From NCBI GenBank assembly GCA_036404835.1, contig DASWYT010000146.1:1-27313 (forward strand): a stretch of 27,313 bases of DNA. The letters run 5' to 3'. Position 1 is the stretch's first letter. Every line of letters begins with the position of its first letter. This document shows, piece after piece, positions 24,285-27,313 of the stretch. Both the position numbers and the translations under genes were made by a program. The DNA is from Alphaproteobacteria bacterium. Lineage in GTDB: Bacteria; Pseudomonadota; Alphaproteobacteria; Micavibrionales; SZUA-601. The notes beneath the pieces are model-generated. The model made no database searches and was not told where the DNA came from. It was given only the letters and a program-made list of their open reading frames with translations.

Positions 24285-25730
24285 TTATTCACCCTGGCCG
24301 GCCGTAAAGCCTTTGACACCATCATAAGTGAATAGGTTTTCCATCTTAATGACGTTCAGGCCTGCCTCGTTGATACGCTGCAACAGGCCCATCGTTTCTG
24401 CCGTGCTGGCCAATGTCTTGGCATCGGCGCTTTTCAGGAAACGGTTTGCCATATGCGACAGATATGAACTTTCCGGCTGACCGTTCGGCCAGAGTTTCAG
24501 GCCACGGCAGGAAATCATCGTCAGATTCAACGGCGCGGCCACCGCATTCAGTTTTGCCGCCAGTTCATCCGGCGTACCGTTCCAGTCAATATAAACATCC
24601 ATACCGACCAGTTCTTTTTTCACACCGGTGGTTGGTTTGACATCCGGAATAGTAATACGCTTGGCATCGGATGGATAATTCATTGCCGGTAATTTGGTTG
24701 GCACCTGGCCCAGGCGCGCAATCACGGCATCGGAAAATTCTTTTGTGCCGACACGTTTGGTGCTGACGCCTTCTTTATAAATATCACCTGTGTGAATGCC
24801 GTCTTCCAGCGTTTTCAGCCAGGCATTGTGCAGTTTCGTCGCAACATCATTCTGGCCGATATGGACCAACATCATGATAGCCCCCAGCAACAGGCCTGAC
24901 GGATTGGCAATGCCTTTCCCGGCAATATCCGGTGCGGAACCATGCACGGCTTCGAACATGGCCTGTTTCATACCGATATTGGCAGAACCACCCAGGCCAA
25001 CGGAACCCATCACTTCGGCGGCAACGTCGGAAATAATATCGCCATATAAATTCGGTGCGACGACCACGTCGAAACGTTCCGGATCGGCAGCGATTTTCGC
25101 GGTGCCGATATCGATGATCATGCGGTCATTTTCGATGTCCGGGTAATCCTTCGCGATCTCGGCAAAAACTTTATAGAACAGGCCGTCCGTCATCTTCATG
25201 ATATTGTCTTTGATCATGCAGGTGACTTTCTTGCGGCCATTGGCGCGGGCATATTCGAATGCGTAACGGCTGATGCGCTCGCAACCCTGACGGCTGATCA
25301 GTTTCAGGCACTCCATCACATCCGGCGTATGCTGGTATTCGATCCCGGCATAGAGATCTTCTTCATTCTCGCGCACGATCACCATATCCATTTTCGGGAA
25401 ATGGGTTTTGACGAACGGGGAATAAGCCATATAGGGACGCACATTGGCAAACAGGCCCAGCGTCTTGCGGGTCGTCACATTCAGGCTTTTGTAACCGCCA
25501 CCGAATGGCGTGGTAATCGGTGCTTTCAAAAAGACACCGGTGCGGCGGATCGACGCCCAATCCTTGTCCTCAATCCCGGCCGTCACCCCACGCAGATAAA
25601 CCTGCTCACCGATCTCGATGGTCTCAATCTCGAGCTGCGCGCCCGCAGCGTCCAGCATCTGCAAGGTCGCGGCCATGATCTCCGGGCCAATGCCATCGCC
25701 ATGCGCTACGGTAATCGGGGTTTTTGCCAT
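24285..25730 (-). CDS. icd: NADP-dependent isocitrate dehydrogenase, long form with C-terminal domain
   Basis: GDGIGPEI, LKAPITTP, RENEEDLY, KDNIMK, PNLYGDIISD, FEAVHGSAPDIAG. Confidence 0.96.
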   Translation of the reverse strand: MAKTPITVAHGDGIGPEIMAATLQMLDAAGAQLEIETIEIGEQVYLRGVTAGIEDKDWASIRRTGVFLKAPITTPFGGGYKSLNVTTRKTLGLFANVRPYMAYSPFVKTHFPKMDMVIVRENEEDLYAGIEYQHTPDVMECLKLISRQGCERISRYAFEYARANGRKKVTCMIKDNIMKMTDGLFYKVFAEIAKDYPDIENDRMIIDIGTAKIAADPERFDVVVAPNLYGDIISDVAAEVMGSVGLGGSANIGMKQAMFEAVHGSAPDIAGKGIANPSGLLLGAIMMLVHIGQNDVATKLHNAWLKTLEDGIHTGDIYKEGVSTKRVGTKEFSDAVIARLGQVPTKLPAMNYPSDAKRITIPDVKPTTGVKKELVGMDVYIDWNGTPDELAAKLNAVAAPLNLTMISCRGLKLWPNGQPESSYLSHMANRFLKSADAKTLASTAETMGLLQRINEAGLNVIKMENLFTYDGVKGFTAGQGE

Positions 25731-25737
25731 GATTTTA

Positions 25738-25769
25738 CTCCTTTAAATTCAATCAACAATTTAAAGGAG
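25738..25769 (-). promoter_or_regulatory. Perfect 12-bp hairpin covering the icd Shine-Dalgarno
   Basis: CTCCTTTAAATT-GTTGATTG-AATTTAAAGGAG, then 7 nt, then ATG25730. Confidence 0.75.
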
Positions 25770-25795
25770 ATGGGTTAAGTAAGATCTAATGCGAA

Positions 25796-26140
25796 TCAGG
25801 AATTCGGGTTATGCCCCACAGCACGGCCCATTTTATGGGCCAGAGTCACAACACCGGCGATCAGCAAACCGCTCAAAAGAGGGGTACAGGCCGACAGGGC
25901 ATTATCTTTTAAATAATTCATAGAAGGTGAATATTCTTCGACGGTCTGCAACACCATTTGCGTTTGTTTAGAGAAAAATTTACATCCTGCAAATGTTCCC
26001 AAAAGTGCGACTGCGGCCATATTCGCGCCCAGCATCTTTTTATCGACGGCATTCATCGCCTTTAATTCTTCCGCAGTCGGTTCCGTCAGATTGACCTGGT
26101 CCTCGCTCAACCATTCATCCAGCCAGTCAAAATTCAACAT
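25796..26140 (-). CDS. Small hypothetical membrane protein
   Basis: SD GGGGAG; two hydrophobic segments; acidic N-terminus. Confidence 0.65.
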   Translation of the reverse strand: MLNFDWLDEWLSEDQVNLTEPTAEELKAMNAVDKKMLGANMAAVALLGTFAGCKFFSKQTQMVLQTVEEYSPSMNYLKDNALSACTPLLSGLLIAGVVTLAHKMGRAVGHNPNS

Positions 26141-26164
26141 CCTGCTTTTCTCCCCTTAAACCAG

Positions 26165-26192
26165 ATCCTACACCCATAAAATATTATGTCAA
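26165..26192 (-). promoter_or_regulatory. sigma70 promoter overlapping the nhaA stop
   Basis: TTGACA, 16 nt, TAGGAT. Confidence 0.55.
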
Positions 26193-27313
26193 TATTTAAT
26201 TTTCCCTGGTCTGATATTTCGTGCACCTATCACCGCAGCCAAAACCGCTCCCAGCGACCCCAGCAGGATTCCCAGTTTGACCAGGTCGCGCACAACCACA
26301 TCGTCAAACGCCAGATCGCCGACAAACAATGCCATGGTAAAACCAATGCCGCACAGACAGGCCATGACCAGATAACCGCCCCACGAAGCCTGCACATCCT
26401 TAGGCGCCACACCGGTCATGTGACCGAGCAGGAGCCCCCCCATAATTCCCAGCGGTTTACCCAGCAACAAACCGAACAACACACCCAATGTCAGGCTGTG
26501 GCCCAGCATGGAACCATTCAGCCCATGCAATGACAATCCGGCATTCACAAAAGCAAAAACCGGCAGGACCAGAAAACCGACATACGGATGCAGGTGATGC
26601 TCGAGACGATAAAGTGGTGCCATATGGGACGATGCGCCTTTTTGATTGCGCATCGGCACTGCGAAGGCCAGGATGACACCGGCTAATGTCGGGTGAATGC
26701 CGATCCGCAGGAAACTGATCCAGACCGCAAAACCCACGATCAGATACCAAATCAAATTTTGCGCATTGCGTTTGTTCAGCAACCACAACGCTGCCAAACT
26801 GGCGATGACCGGCGGGATAAAATCGGGATTGAGATGATCGGTGTAAAAGAACGCAATCACCAGGATCGCACCCAGATCATCGAGAATGGCAATGGCCGTC
26901 AACAGGATTTTGATCTCTTTGGGAATACGCTTACCAAACAGGCTTAAAATACCCAGCGCAAAAGCGATATCGGTCGCTGCCGGAATAGCCCATCCACGCA
27001 GATAGGATGGGTCATGCCAATTGAATCCAGCAAAAATCAGACTGGGTACGACCATCCCGCCGATGGCGGCAAAGAGCGGCTGTAACAGGCGCTGGCGGCT
27101 GGAGAGTTCACCCGCAACGATCTCGCGCTTAAGTTCCAGACCGACCAGTAAAAAGAACAATGTCATCAGACCATCATTGACGACCAGCATGATGGAGGGC
27201 GTCGTGACCTGTGCATAAAAATCCTGTAAAAACGGCAGATTGGCAAAGAGCAGCGCAAACGCGGCGGTGACCATCAGACAGAGACCGGCAGCGGCCTCAT
27301 GAGCGATAAAGTC
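26189..27313 (-). CDS. nhaA: Na+/H+ antiporter NhaA (5' end beyond the window)
   Basis: VNDGLMTLFFLLVGLELKRE, GWAIPAATDIAFALG, AILDDLGA, GIHPTLAG, GIGFTM; the frame stays open to the edge (DFIAHEAAAGLCL). Confidence 0.96.
   Translation of the reverse strand, partial: DFIAHEAAAGLCLMVTAAFALLFANLPFLQDFYAQVTTPSIMLVVNDGLMTLFFLLVGLELKREIVAGELSSRQRLLQPLFAAIGGMVVPSLIFAGFNWHDPSYLRGWAIPAATDIAFALGILSLFGKRIPKEIKILLTAIAILDDLGAILVIAFFYTDHLNPDFIPPVIASLAALWLLNKRNAQNLIWYLIVGFAVWISFLRIGIHPTLAGVILAFAVPMRNQKGASSHMAPLYRLEHHLHPYVGFLVLPVFAFVNAGLSLHGLNGSMLGHSLTLGVLFGLLLGKPLGIMGGLLLGHMTGVAPKDVQASWGGYLVMACLCGIGFTMALFVGDLAFDDVVVRDLVKLGILLGSLGAVLAAVIGARNIRPGKIKY

Noticed and set aside
2582-27218. Long alternative-frame and antisense ORFs (e.g. 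3742-4293, 12064-12801, 14712-15647, 17471-18163, 19089-19814, 25329-25778)
   Set aside because: Shadow frames of well-supported genes, typical of codon bias; no independent motifs or start signals.
1-27313. CRISPR array, cas genes, integrase, rRNA or recognisable defence system
   Set aside because: No regularly spaced direct repeats or signature motifs seen. Repetitiveness is explained by the pentapeptide gene and the pepF duplication.

Overview
This looks like ordinary chromosomal DNA from an alphaproteobacterium (taxonomy is my inference from gene families and promoter style), roughly 50% GC with a few AT-rich patches. Recognisable housekeeping genes are ndh, tRNA-Tyr, nagA, a UDP-sugar dehydrogenase, a CPD photolyase, fumC, two tandem M3/PepF oligopeptidases, icd and nhaA (cut by the right edge), with several ORFans between them. 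No CRISPR array, integrase, rRNA or defence island was found. The best signals are non-coding or fall below the ORF-track cutoff. (1) Positions 1-1869 are the right part of an IS1-family element carrying passenger genes; it ends in an IS1-like terminal repeat. (2) Inside it, a roughly 190-nt structured leader resembles phage C4 antisense RNA plus its upstream target. It pairs with the Shine-Dalgarno (SD) of a lipoprotein gene and overlaps a 31-codon uORF. (3) An identical 15-bp sigma54-type motif precedes two unrelated hypothetical genes with flagellar-substrate-like N-termini, and mobile DNA abuts both copies. (4) A truncated GIY-YIG nuclease gene, missed by the ORF track, lies just downstream of tRNA-Tyr. 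(5) A perfect 12-bp hairpin covers the icd SD. All family assignments come from motif recognition by eye; no database searches or folding programs were run.
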